A DNA stretch of 64,000 bases from contig JBHGNT010000014.1 of NCBI GenBank assembly GCA_043228905.1, positions 5,704,001 to 5,768,000 on the forward strand, written 5' to 3'. Under the pieces are notes generated by a model, which searched no databases, was not told the DNA's origin, and worked only from the letters and a program-made list of their open reading frames with translations. Both the position numbers and the translations under genes were made by a program. This DNA comes from Azolla caroliniana. Lineage: Eukaryota > Plantae > Polypodiophyta. This document shows, piece by piece, positions 25,301 to 33,936 of this stretch (position 1 is the stretch's first letter; each line of letters opens with the position of its first letter).

Positions 25301-26429
25301 GCACATCCTTCAACAGCATCTTGCATCCGGTTGATGTCAACAGCCACACGTCTCCTATGCCGGCAATCCGGCATGTGCCTTCATTTCCCATCCGGACACA
25401 GCCGTGCTCACCGGCTGTGTAGGATGAGAAGTATTTCTTCTCCGGGGTCAGGTGGAACGACGCTCCGGAATCGACCACCCAGGTCATCTCTACACCGGCA
25501 AGGTTCAGCTCCTTCTCTTCGGTAATAAGCATTATCTCTTCTTCACTTGCCGCAAGTGCCGTCGTTCCTTTCCGGTCCTGCCCTCGCCGATCCGGACCTC
25601 TCCGGTCCGTGGCTCCCCGGTATGCACCGTTTCTCTCCGGTGACTTCTTCGAATCGGTGTCGTCGGCTCCGTTGTCCTTTCGGTAGTGCCGACAATTCTT
25701 CCGGAAGTGCCCCGGCTTCCCACAGTGGAAGCATGTTGGCCTTCCTCTTGACTGCGACCGGGTCCCCGACTTCTCCCGTCTTTGCGGACTCCGGTTCCAT
25801 TGTCTTCCCCGATCCGATTCGGTAAGCAGCATCTTCTGATCAGAAACCGGTTCTTTATCTCTCCGACGCGCTTCTTCGTTCAAAATACTTGTCTTTACCG
25901 TTTGTAGGGACAAGTTATCTTCGGTGCAGGAGGTGCTGAGAGTCACCACCAAGTTCTCCCAGCTGTCCGGCAATGTACACATCAGGATGATGGCTTGCAT
26001 TGCATCCTCCAACGGGAACTTGATCGCCGCAAGCTGGTTCACGAATCCCATGAACGTGCTTACGTGTTCCACCATACTCTCGCCGTCCCGGTACTTGAGG
26101 TTCACTATCTTCCTCATCAGGGAGGTCCGGTTCAACGCATTCTTCCTCTCATAGAGGCCCGACAGCTTCTTCCACATCTCATAGGCGTTCGTATCGTTCG
26201 CCACATGTTGCAGGACACTTACATCGACATATTGCCGGATCGTCGCTACGGCTTTCCGGTTCAGGAGCTTCCACTCCGACTCTATTACCCCCTTGGGTAT
26301 CTCGGCATTGTCGATCGGTTCGTATAGGTCTCGGACGATGAGAAGGTCTTCCATCTTTATCTTCCAGTCGGCGTAGTTCTGTGAGTTCAACACCATCATG
26401 CCAGGAGGCCCACTACCGCCGCCTTCCAT
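22383..26429 (-). CDS. gag-pol: Uninterrupted copia Gag-Pol polyprotein, 1348 aa
   Basis: CFHCGKPGHFRKNC, VVDSGAS, HTDVC/DNGGEY/AER, YVDD, FTDSD/EAE/YCDSQ. No stops. Confidence 0.96.
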   Translation of the reverse strand: MEGGGSGPPGMMVLNSQNYADWKIKMEDLLIVRDLYEPIDNAEIPKGVIESEWKLLNRKAVATIRQYVDVSVLQHVANDTNAYEMWKKLSGLYERKNALNRTSLMRKIVNLKYRDGESMVEHVSTFMGFVNQLAAIKFPLEDAMQAIILMCTLPDSWENLVVTLSTSCTEDNLSLQTVKTSILNEEARRRDKEPVSDQKMLLTESDRGRQWNRSPQRREKSGTRSQSRGRPTCFHCGKPGHFRKNCRHYRKDNGADDTDSKKSPERNGAYRGATDRRGPDRRGQDRKGTTALAASEEEIMLITEEKELNLAGVEMTWVVDSGASFHLTPEKKYFSSYTAGEHGCVRMGNEGTCRIAGIGDVWLLTSTGCKMLLKDVRHVPEVRLNLISAGRLDDEGYTGSIRNGVMKFSKGSLIVARARKVNTLYLMNSRLCPEELNVAADTAGELWHKRLCHMSEKGMKRHAEDNLIPVKHVHLEKCTDCLAGKQNRTSFHSRPPTRRSAPLELVHTDVCQVETKSHGGAQYFVTFIDDHSRKLWTAPLKTKDQVLSVFKELHARVERESGKKLKAIRADNGGEYRGQFQEYCRSKGIRLEFTVPKTPELNGLAERMNRTIMERVRSMLAHAKLPKGFWAEAMSTATYVINRSPSVPLDGDTPQKVWTGKEVSYRHLKVFGCLAYVHVAKDRRGKLDPKTRPCIFLGYGDDEFGYRVWDPVDKKIFRSRDIIFMEDKTLADWESEKKMKSSKSIGEDQLYEEQSRPARDRLTLEEPAEEDENDTGTGPDPEMDSDEEESEEPVTEAPERRYPLRERRAPRRFPEPEHVLLTDEGEPESFEEAKHDTQSRRWLSAMQDEMDSLHENHTYELVELPKGKRALRNKWVFKLKPGDAGNPPRYKARIVVKGFQQKKGVDFDEIFAPVVKMTSIRMVLSIAASMDLEVEQMDVKTAFLHGDLEEEIYMQQPEGFEKKGKEHLVCRLKKSLYGLKQAPRQWYRKFDSFMTDEGYHKTQSDHCVFVKKFEGGDSLILLLYVDDMLIVGRDQVKIRTLKKALHRTFSMKDLGPARQILGMHIIRDRKKKQLWLSQEKYVTKVLHRFNMSEARPVGSTLPGNCKLSSKQSPKTKAEKEDMMKVPYASAVGSLMYAMVCTRPDIAYAVGVVSRYMSNPGKEHWNAVKWILRYLKGTANVCLRFGSGKPELEGFTDSDMSADADTSRSTSGYVMTYAGGAVSWQSRLQKTVALSTTEAEYMAAVEAGKEIIWMKDFIRELGIQQEEYRLYCDSQSAIHLAKNAAYHSRTKHIQRRYHWIRERIEDKEFVLTKVHTDENGSDMLTKVLTPDKLGACRKRVGLERHPMPK

Positions 26430-26460
26430 TTTCTGTGTTACCGTCGCTCTGATACCAATT

Positions 26461-27262
26461 TGTTATACGCAGTGCTCGGCCACAACCGAGAAATAGGATT
26501 AACTTTCAGAAAACAGGAATTACAAAATACACGAAGATAATGGGGAGAAGAGTACACAGGATATTTTACGTGGAAAACCCTAAGTGGGAAAAACCACGGG
26601 AGTCCTCAAACTCCAACTATCACTATATGCAGAGATGTACAATGATGAAGCTACAAGGCAACAACCTTGAGCTCACAGTCTTCGCCACAGGCGGCGGTAA
26701 TACACTGAGGCAACGACCTCTTCGTCTCTCACACTCTCTCGGCTGCTCTCACTTCGCTCCCTCTTCGTGGAAAACAGAAAATGAGCAACAACAACATAAA
26801 ACTGTTTGCCCTAAGTCATATTTATACACATATGACTTTTGGGCTATTTACAAATATAGCCTCAAGGGCTCTTGGCAAACATATTCACAAATATGTCCCC
26901 GCATCCGGATCTCTCTCCGGGTACATTCGTCATCCGGCTCCGTAACCGGGGTCTTCAGCATCCGGCTCCGTAACCGGGGTCTTCATCATCCGGCTCCGTA
27001 ACCGGGGTCTTCATCATCCGGCTCCGTATCCGGGTACATTCGTCATCCGGCTCCGTAACCGGGGTCTTCAGCATCCGGCTCCGTAACCGGGGTCTTCATC
27101 ATCCGGCTCCGTAACCGGGGTCTTCATCATCCGGCTCCGTATCCGGGTACTCTTTATCCGGCTTCATGCCGGGTACTCTTCATCATCCGGTTCCGTAACC
27201 GCAACCGGGCTTGCCGTCATTCATCTCCGGACATCCCATCCGGAGGGACCGAAATCCCAACA
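26461..27262 (-). repeat. 5' LTR of element F
   Basis: Direct repeat of 21571-22372, next to the PBS. Confidence 0.96.
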
Positions 27263-28543
27263 GATTTCTCCCCGGAGAAGGTGAGCCTCGCATCCTCTAG
27301 CCTTTGTAGCACCTTCTCGCAGTCGTCGATGTGCGTTGCTACGAATCGCCGGCATCCGTCCGGCCCGAGTGTCTCGTCCTTCTCTTCCAGCAGGCACCCC
27401 TTTATGGGGATGTCGTCTAGAAACGGCATGGTGATGTCCGGGATGCAATCCCTCAGTACTTTTTTCATTGCATTCACCATGTGGGCCACTGAGTTAGTCC
27501 CTCCTTGTGGCAGGGTACACATTCGCACTAGGCCGAGGGGAGTTCGCATCGTCGTAATGTCTCTGCTCTCCACGGCTAGCTGGAACTGGTCGTACCCTGA
27601 GTACAGATCACCGACCGAGTAAATCGACCTTCTGGCAAAGGCCTCCGCGAACTCGTCTATGGTCGGTCCGATTCCTGCGTTTCGAATGGTCTTGAATGAA
27701 GCGCAACGTTCCGTTTTTCTTTGGTACGGTAAACCATCGGTTCGAGTATGGCGCGCTCGACGGTTCGAGAATACCCATGTCGACTTTCTGCCTCAATAGC
27801 TCCATCAACTTCGGGATGTGAGCTCTCGGTACTGGAATCGGCTTGAGATTCCACGGTACATGCGGTACCGTGAATATCACCATCGGTTCCACGATCGTCG
27901 GGTCTACGCACCCGATCTCTTCCGGTGAGAATGCAAAGGCTTTCCCGTGCCTTCCGAGCATTCTCCGAAACCGGTCTTCCTCTGCCGGCAGTAGGAACCC
28001 GCCCCCACCGATTTTGAGCTCCCGGAGCGTTCCGTCGGTGAAAGTGTGTCCTATGCAGGCCGGATCTCGTAAACTGGGGTCCGACGCAACCCCTCTGATC
28101 CGGGACTCGCTGCCCTCCGGTAAGGGTGCCGCGACTGGCCTTACCTTCCGGTCAACAGTCTTGTACTTTGTGCTAACTCGGGCCGTCCGATCCGGCCCGA
28201 GCCCCTGACTGAAGTTCGCGATGACTTCGTACATCTCTTCGGAACATACCGGTATCGTCCGGTCCTCGTTAAGGTCTTCTCCGGCAACCTTCCTCAGCAT
28301 CCCTAAGGTGTCATCGAAGGAGACCGCCTCCACGGCTCCGCTGATTTCCTCGTCCGGGCCGAGAACTCCGCACGCTCGAAGTCGCTCTTCCGCCCTTGTC
28401 TTTTCTTGGCCAACGATGCCGACCATCATACACCCTCCGTTGTAGGAGAAGCAAAATCCCCTACCTATCGTACAGTCGTGGGGTCTTTTCCGAGTGTCCG
28501 GGCTGTCTCGGCCCCACGCCTTGGCAGCCCTCTCTAAAAATCC
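27263..28543 (-). pseudogene. pol: Element E pol 5' part (pre-RT region and RT), frameshifted by a small deletion near 27690
   Basis: PYSNRWFTVPKKNG, LPQGGTNS, PFLDD. Confidence 0.88.
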
Positions 28544-30687
28544 TCCCGGCTCTCGCCACCGAGGGATTCGCGGTTTCTCTCGTGGTTCGGCCGCACCGTC
28601 AAAAATTGCACCGAATGGCGCCCGTCCTGGCTTTTGACCCTCGCGTAGGCCGAACCGTTGTCCAGCACCTTGGTCTCCATTCTCGCCGCCGTGATGTATG
28701 GTTCCCCTAATATGACCGGATGCGAGGACGTCTCCTGTACGAAGAAGTGTTGGTCAATCTCGACGTCGCCGATCTTTACTCGCACATTCGGGCAGGCCCC
28801 GTGCAGTTCCTCGGTGGCGCGCGTCACCGCCCGTATCTTCCACCCATGCCAGGTGTTGATCGGCCACTTTCCCTTCTTATAGAAGTCCATGGACATTAGG
28901 TTTATTTCCGAACCGTGGTCCACCAACGCCACCACCGGTTCCTGAACATCTCCGATCTTTACCGGGGTCTCCGTGGTCGCTCGGGCCCAGTGTGGCCTCG
29001 AATAGTGGCTCTCCGCCCACTCATCTTCCAGCGCTGAGTCGTCGATGTGCGTCGTCCGCACCTCCACCGGTCTTTCTGGTTCCGTCTCCGTCGACAGTCT
29101 CTTCCGTTTCACCAAGTCTACAATGGAGTCGTGGAACTCCTTCTTGGCGATCCCTAGCACCTCCCGTAATGACAGCTCCACTTTGCTGTCGAGGATCCGT
29201 TCTTCTAGGACCTTTCGTAGGTCCGTAGTCCTTTCTATTTCTGTCCCCAGTCGGTACCCGCCCTTCCTGGGGTTATCTTGCGGGCCGGGCCCACCGGCAT
29301 CGTTCCGTCGTTGCCCGAATCGGGTCTCGTACCGTTGTGAGGGCCCGGCCGCTCTGGCTTTCCCCACTCGTTTTTCTTCTACCAGAGCCTCGTAGTTCCG
29401 GCAAGCGGCTTCTACGAAGCCCGTCTTCTCCTCGACCGGATCGCTCCACCCGGTTATTTCCCGGACCCGTCTCTCAGCGCGGTCCGTTTCATCTTTCCTC
29501 AGCCGCGCGCCGGCGAGGCCTTCCAGCATCGCCGGCCAGAAACCGTCTTTACTCTCCTTTCGGGCCTCACTGCCCCCGACCTGAATACCGGCTGACGCCG
29601 AGTAGTGGATGGCCTCCACGTGTCGGGCCGCTGACTCTTCCATCAGTCTCTTCATACCTCCTCGCCCGTCGTTTCGGCTCAGGGCCCTCCTGGTGTCGCC
29701 AACGTGCACCCGGCCTTCCCACAGGTACACCACCCGGTTTCTCAACGCCTCTGCGAAATCGCCGCAGTCCTTCCGAATGTGGCCGACCTCGTCGCACCAC
29801 ATGCACCTGTTCCCCGCTGCCGGCCGTCGGTCACGAGCTGGTTCGCCGCCTTCCCTTCGAGTCTGGGCGATCTGGAGATCCTTTATCGCCCGCGTCAACT
29901 CCTCTAGCGTTGCTCCTGCGGACGAGCCATTGGCCATGTTGGTTGAAGCCGGACCGGTTTCGAGCCATTCCCGAGTTTCTTCCCTTCGCACTTGCGGTGC
30001 CGGTTCAAGCCTCCTTGCTGTAACAGAGCCCGCACCGGCCGCCCCGTTGTCAGCCCATTCTCGCCATTTGTCGAAACGGCCACAGACTCTCTTAACCGCA
30101 GCCCAGTCGGTTGTCAGCCCGTCTTCGGTTTCCAGCAAGGAGCCGACTTGATCCCGGTCCCGCTCGTCCACCGACTTGACGAACAGTAGGACCCGGCTCG
30201 TATCCAGAATGGTTCGGTCAAGCGCCGAAAGGCGCGCAAAGCGTTCTTCGAACTCCCGGAGGAGTGCCGACGCGTTTCTTCCTTTGCCGGGGGACTTCAC
30301 CCATTCCATGAAGTCCCGTTTCGAAAGCCGGAGCGCGTCGTCCAGCCCATATTTCTCTAGGAGTCGGCCTTCGAACTCCTCCCAGGTACGGCTCTCCGCC
30401 CGTACCTCGAGCACCTCCGCATGGATGCTCGGCATCGCCACTCGAGGGAACTCGGAAAGACGCCTCTTTTCCGGAATGTCCCGCATCAGCATTTCCGTCC
30501 CGTAGGACGCCAAATACTTCGTAGCATCCTTTCCGCTGAAACGGCCGATCGTACCGACGACCGCCTCAATGGCTCTGTCGAGGGCACCAGTGCCCTCGCG
30601 TGTGCTCAATATCCGATCCACGGCCGAAGCCATGGCCTCTGCAAGATCCGACCCCCTCATCTTCTGCTCTTCTGCCGCCTCCTTCAC
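28534..30687 (-). CDS. gag: Element E Gag-protease ORF (717 aa as called; the true ATG start is probably slightly downstream)
   Basis: CMWCDEVGHIRKDC knuckle, ALVDHGSEINLM protease, VILGEPY. Begins at the PBS. Confidence 0.85.
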   Translation of the reverse strand: MKEAAEEQKMRGSDLAEAMASAVDRILSTREGTGALDRAIEAVVGTIGRFSGKDATKYLASYGTEMLMRDIPEKRRLSEFPRVAMPSIHAEVLEVRAESRTWEEFEGRLLEKYGLDDALRLSKRDFMEWVKSPGKGRNASALLREFEERFARLSALDRTILDTSRVLLFVKSVDERDRDQVGSLLETEDGLTTDWAAVKRVCGRFDKWREWADNGAAGAGSVTARRLEPAPQVRREETREWLETGPASTNMANGSSAGATLEELTRAIKDLQIAQTRREGGEPARDRRPAAGNRCMWCDEVGHIRKDCGDFAEALRNRVVYLWEGRVHVGDTRRALSRNDGRGGMKRLMEESAARHVEAIHYSASAGIQVGGSEARKESKDGFWPAMLEGLAGARLRKDETDRAERRVREITGWSDPVEEKTGFVEAACRNYEALVEEKRVGKARAAGPSQRYETRFGQRRNDAGGPGPQDNPRKGGYRLGTEIERTTDLRKVLEERILDSKVELSLREVLGIAKKEFHDSIVDLVKRKRLSTETEPERPVEVRTTHIDDSALEDEWAESHYSRPHWARATTETPVKIGDVQEPVVALVDHGSEINLMSMDFYKKGKWPINTWHGWKIRAVTRATEELHGACPNVRVKIGDVEIDQHFFVQETSSHPVILGEPYITAARMETKVLDNGSAYARVKSQDGRHSVQFLTVRPNHERNRESLGGESREDF

Positions 30688-30700
30688 GTCGGGTTCACCA
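30683..30700 (-). other. Primer-binding site, tRNA-Trp
   Basis: TGGTGAACCCGACGTGAA is complementary to the plant tRNA-Trp 3' end (TTCACGTCGGGTTCACCA). Confidence 0.85.
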
Positions 30701-30704
30701 AATA

Positions 30705-31341
30705 TGTCGAGGTATTCCTCGCGGATGCGTGGAATGAGGCGGGACCTCGGGGGTCCTGTACCGAAGAGTAAGAGAGAAAGAGGAGAGATCCACTACGTGC
30801 GAGCGTAGATTCACAGGGACACGGCCCTTCGACGCAAAGACGCGAATGGGACAGCGACACAGAAGACACGAAAAGTATGTATGTATTGACAAGACAAACA
30901 ACAAGAACACGAAGACAACAAACACGAAGTCGGTTACAACCGAACAGGCCGGCGAACAGATGCCGATACCTGCTCGTAAACGCACAGAGGGGAAAGAGTA
31001 GGTTGGAGGTGCTGCCGGAAGCACTCGGGCATTCCTCAGAGCAGCGCGAGCCTCCCGAAACCTGCACAGAAGGAAGCTATGGCGTTTGCAACCGGAAAGA
31101 GAGAGAGAGAGAGAAGCCTTCGCACGCAAACCGACAACACTTCGTCCTCGACTCTCCGCGATCCTTCTACCCTCCTCGTCTCCCTCCTTTTATAGGAAGG
31201 AAGGAGCCGTTTCCCCTTTACTCCCTACCTACCGAATCTACCTAGGATCTCCTATGTACAACTTAAGGCACACGTGCATGAAGAGTCGGTTTCTACGCTC
31301 CAGTGCACTGATTCCGCTCGTGGACGGTTTTCTTCACGACA
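30705..31341 (-). repeat. 5' LTR of element E
   Basis: Direct repeat of 18685-19322. Confidence 0.94.
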
Positions 31342-32004
31342 ATGGGATGTCACCCCCGGTGGTGTATACTTGAAACCCCTGAGCTGTCCACAAATCCTTG
31401 CGTGGAGGATCGTTTGGAGCGGTTACGCAAGATACAAGCGTATTTATCTACTCATCTCCAACAAGCTCAACAAACATACAAGGTTTATGCGGATCGTCAT
31501 CGACTCCCATCCAGTTTTAACATTGGAGATCGGGTATGGCTACTATGACGACACATCAAGACTACTTGCCCATGCGAGAAGTCGGATTATCGGCGATTAG
31601 GTCCTTTCCATATTATAAGAAAGATTAATGATGTCGCTTTTCGTCTTGATCTACCTCCGCACCTTCGGATACATCTAGTGTTTCAGAGTTCTCTCCTCGA
31701 ACCCTATCAAGAGAGCACCATCCCAAGACGTATTACACAACCTCCACCCCCGATCGAGCTTGAAGATGGACCTGAGTATGAGGTTGCCGCCATCCTTGAT
31801 TCCAAGATTGTTCGCAACAAGCTCTACTATCTAGTCGATTGGCTAGGATATAGTCCCAGCGAGTGTACTTGGGAACCTATAGAGAATGTGACCAATGCTC
31901 GTGCTCTTCTTGAAGACTTCCATCGTCAATATCCAGACAAACTGGGTCCTCAATCCAAAACGGCTCGTTACACTCGTCGTTTTAAAGGGGGGATAGTGTC
32001 ATGA
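31342..32004 (+). pseudogene. pol: Element B integrase C-terminus with a canonical (group I) chromodomain
   Basis: LGPF, then EYEVAAILDSKIVRNKLYYLVDWLGYSPSECTWEPIENV. Confidence 0.9.
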
Positions 32005-32437
32005 TATGGCAAGACTCGAACCCATGACCTTATGCTACATGGGTCAAGCTCTTGACCATTAGACCATACATTGTAATACATAGAATATTATTTTCATTTA
32101 TGTTTTATTATAGAAAATTGATGTATATTCCAGATTTCTCTGGAACATTCTAGAAACTTTAGGAGTATTCCTTAGAACACTATAAAAGGAGGCACAAGGC
32201 ATTATTTCGAACCAAATCGGTTCAACGCCAGTCTTAAGCCTCCTAGCTATTATTGTACATTCTCTTCACATAATATATATCTTCTCTTATCATCACACAC
32301 ACACACACACACACACTCTCTCTCTCTCTCCCTCCCTTTCACTCACTCTTTCCTTCTGTCGAGAGTTCTTCACCTCTCTTAGTACTAATACTTCTTTTAG
32401 TACTAATTCCTTCTCTGTCTTAGTATTGTTCCTGACA
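31997..32437 (+). repeat. 3' LTR of element B, including the antisense A/B-box module at 32012-32066
   Basis: Direct repeat of 6108-6536, with a microsatellite length change. Confidence 0.93.
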
Positions 32438-32623
32438 TCTACAAATGGAGGAGTGTCACCACATGAGTTGCATTTCGGGAAGAAGCCGAACTTGGCATAC
32501 TTGAGGGTATTCGGTAGCATTGCATATGTGCATGTGCCAAAGGAAAAGCGAACGAAGCTAGACGCGAAAGCTGAGAAGTGTATATTGGTCAGCTACTCAG
32601 ATGAGCAAACGGGTTATAAATGT
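32438..32623 (+). pseudogene. pol: Copia element A, part 3, truncated
   Basis: LRVFGSIAYVHVPKEKRTKLDAKAEKC...GYKC. Confidence 0.85.
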
Positions 32624-33528
32624 TTTCCCTAAGTGTATTTATACTTGTACACTCTATGGGCTATTTACAAATGTAGCCTCTACTACTATCTTCCTATTAC
32701 TATACTAATAATAGTAATAGTTAATCAACTGATTGGTAGACTAGTCGATTCGACTAGCTGACTCTTGTGTCGACTGTCCGGTCGGCCAGACTAGTTGACC
32801 TTGTCTTCGACCATCCGGTCGGCCCAACTAGTCGGTCGTGTCTTCGACCTGAATTACTTTGTATATTGTCGACTCTCCATGTCGACTCCCCCTTGTCTTC
32901 GACTATCGGTTGCTCCCATAGGAGGGACATATTCCAAACAAACTCCCTCTTCACTCCTATGGGTGGAGTCGTTAATCTTGTCCTTTGTCGACAGACTCTG
33001 AGTCTGTCCGTCGGTAGGTTCTTCATCAGCATGTCGGATCCATTGTCGTTAGTATGGATCTTCACAAGGGTAAACTCTCCTTCTTCCACTTTCTCCCGCA
33101 ATCAGTGATACCTTCTCTGTATGTGCTTGGTCCGGGAGTGGTATGCAACATTCTTGGCTAGATGTATGGCGTTTTGGCTGTCACAATGAAGCAAGAACTC
33201 CCTTTGCTTCATTCCCAACTCATTGAGAAAGTTTCTCATCCAAATCAGCTCTTTGCCGGCCTCTACCGCTGCCATATACTCCGCCTCTGTGGTCGACAAG
33301 GCCACAGATTTTTGAAGTCGTGACTGCCACGACACCGCTCCCCTTGCATATGTCATCACGTACCTAGAAGTGGATCGACTTGAGTCTATATCCCCCGACA
33401 TGTTCGAGTCGGTAAACCTTTCGAGCATGGGTTTTCTGACACCATACCTTTGAGGTGTCTTTCAAGTACTTGAGTATCCATTTAACATGTCATCCACATA
33501 TAATAAGAGAATTAAGAAGCCACCTTCA

Positions 33529-33891
33529 TGTTGGGATTACGGTCCCTCCGGATGGGATGGTCGGATGTCCGGGAATCGGGAATGAAGACCCGAATGAGGA
33601 GTACCCGGTATCGGAGCCGGATGATGAAGACCCGGTTCCGGATCCGGATGATGAAGACCCCGGCTACGGAGCCGGATGATGAAGACCCCGGTTACGGAGC
33701 CGGATGACGAATGTACCCGGAGAGAGATCCGGATGCGGGGACATATTTGTGAATATGTTTGCCAAGGGCCCTTGAGGTTATACTTGTAAATAGCCCGAAA
33801 GTCATATGTGTATAAATATGACTTAGGGCAAACAGTTTTGTTGTTGTTGCTCATTTTTCTGTTTTCCACTTAGAGGGAGCTAAGTGAGCAG

Positions 33892-33936
<45 letters not shown>

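Larger units (their letters stand above)
21571..27262 (-). mobile_element. Intact Ty1/copia element F (Tork/Tnt1-like), inserted in the RT of element E
   Basis: 802-bp LTRs 21571-22372 and 26461-27262 with no difference seen. TSD GATTT at 21566-21570 and 27263-27267. iMet PBS 26446-26457. PPT 22373-22384. Confidence 0.97.
18685..31341 (-). mobile_element. tRNA-Trp-primed non-chromovirus Ty3/gypsy element E (Phygy-like, inferred), inserted in the integrase of element B
   Basis: LTRs 18685-19322 and 30705-31341 (about 7 substitutions and 1 indel). 4-bp TSD ACGG/ATGG. PBS TGGTGAACCCGACGTGAA. PPT GGTGGGGGCGGA. Confidence 0.93.
6108..32437 (+). mobile_element. Ty3/gypsy chromovirus element B (Tcn1/Tf1-sushi-like), decayed, hosting nested insertions
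   Basis: LTRs 6108-6536 and 31997-32437. TSD TCTAT/TCTAC (4 of 5 match). PPT AAAGGGGGGATAG before 31997. Host copia frame rejoins across the element (NWTSTNGGVSPHEL). Confidence 0.93.

Noticed and set aside
22398-26327. Many antisense and alternate-frame ORFs over copia F (also H, E and M)
   Set aside because: Expected shadows of GC-rich coding sequence with no independent motifs.
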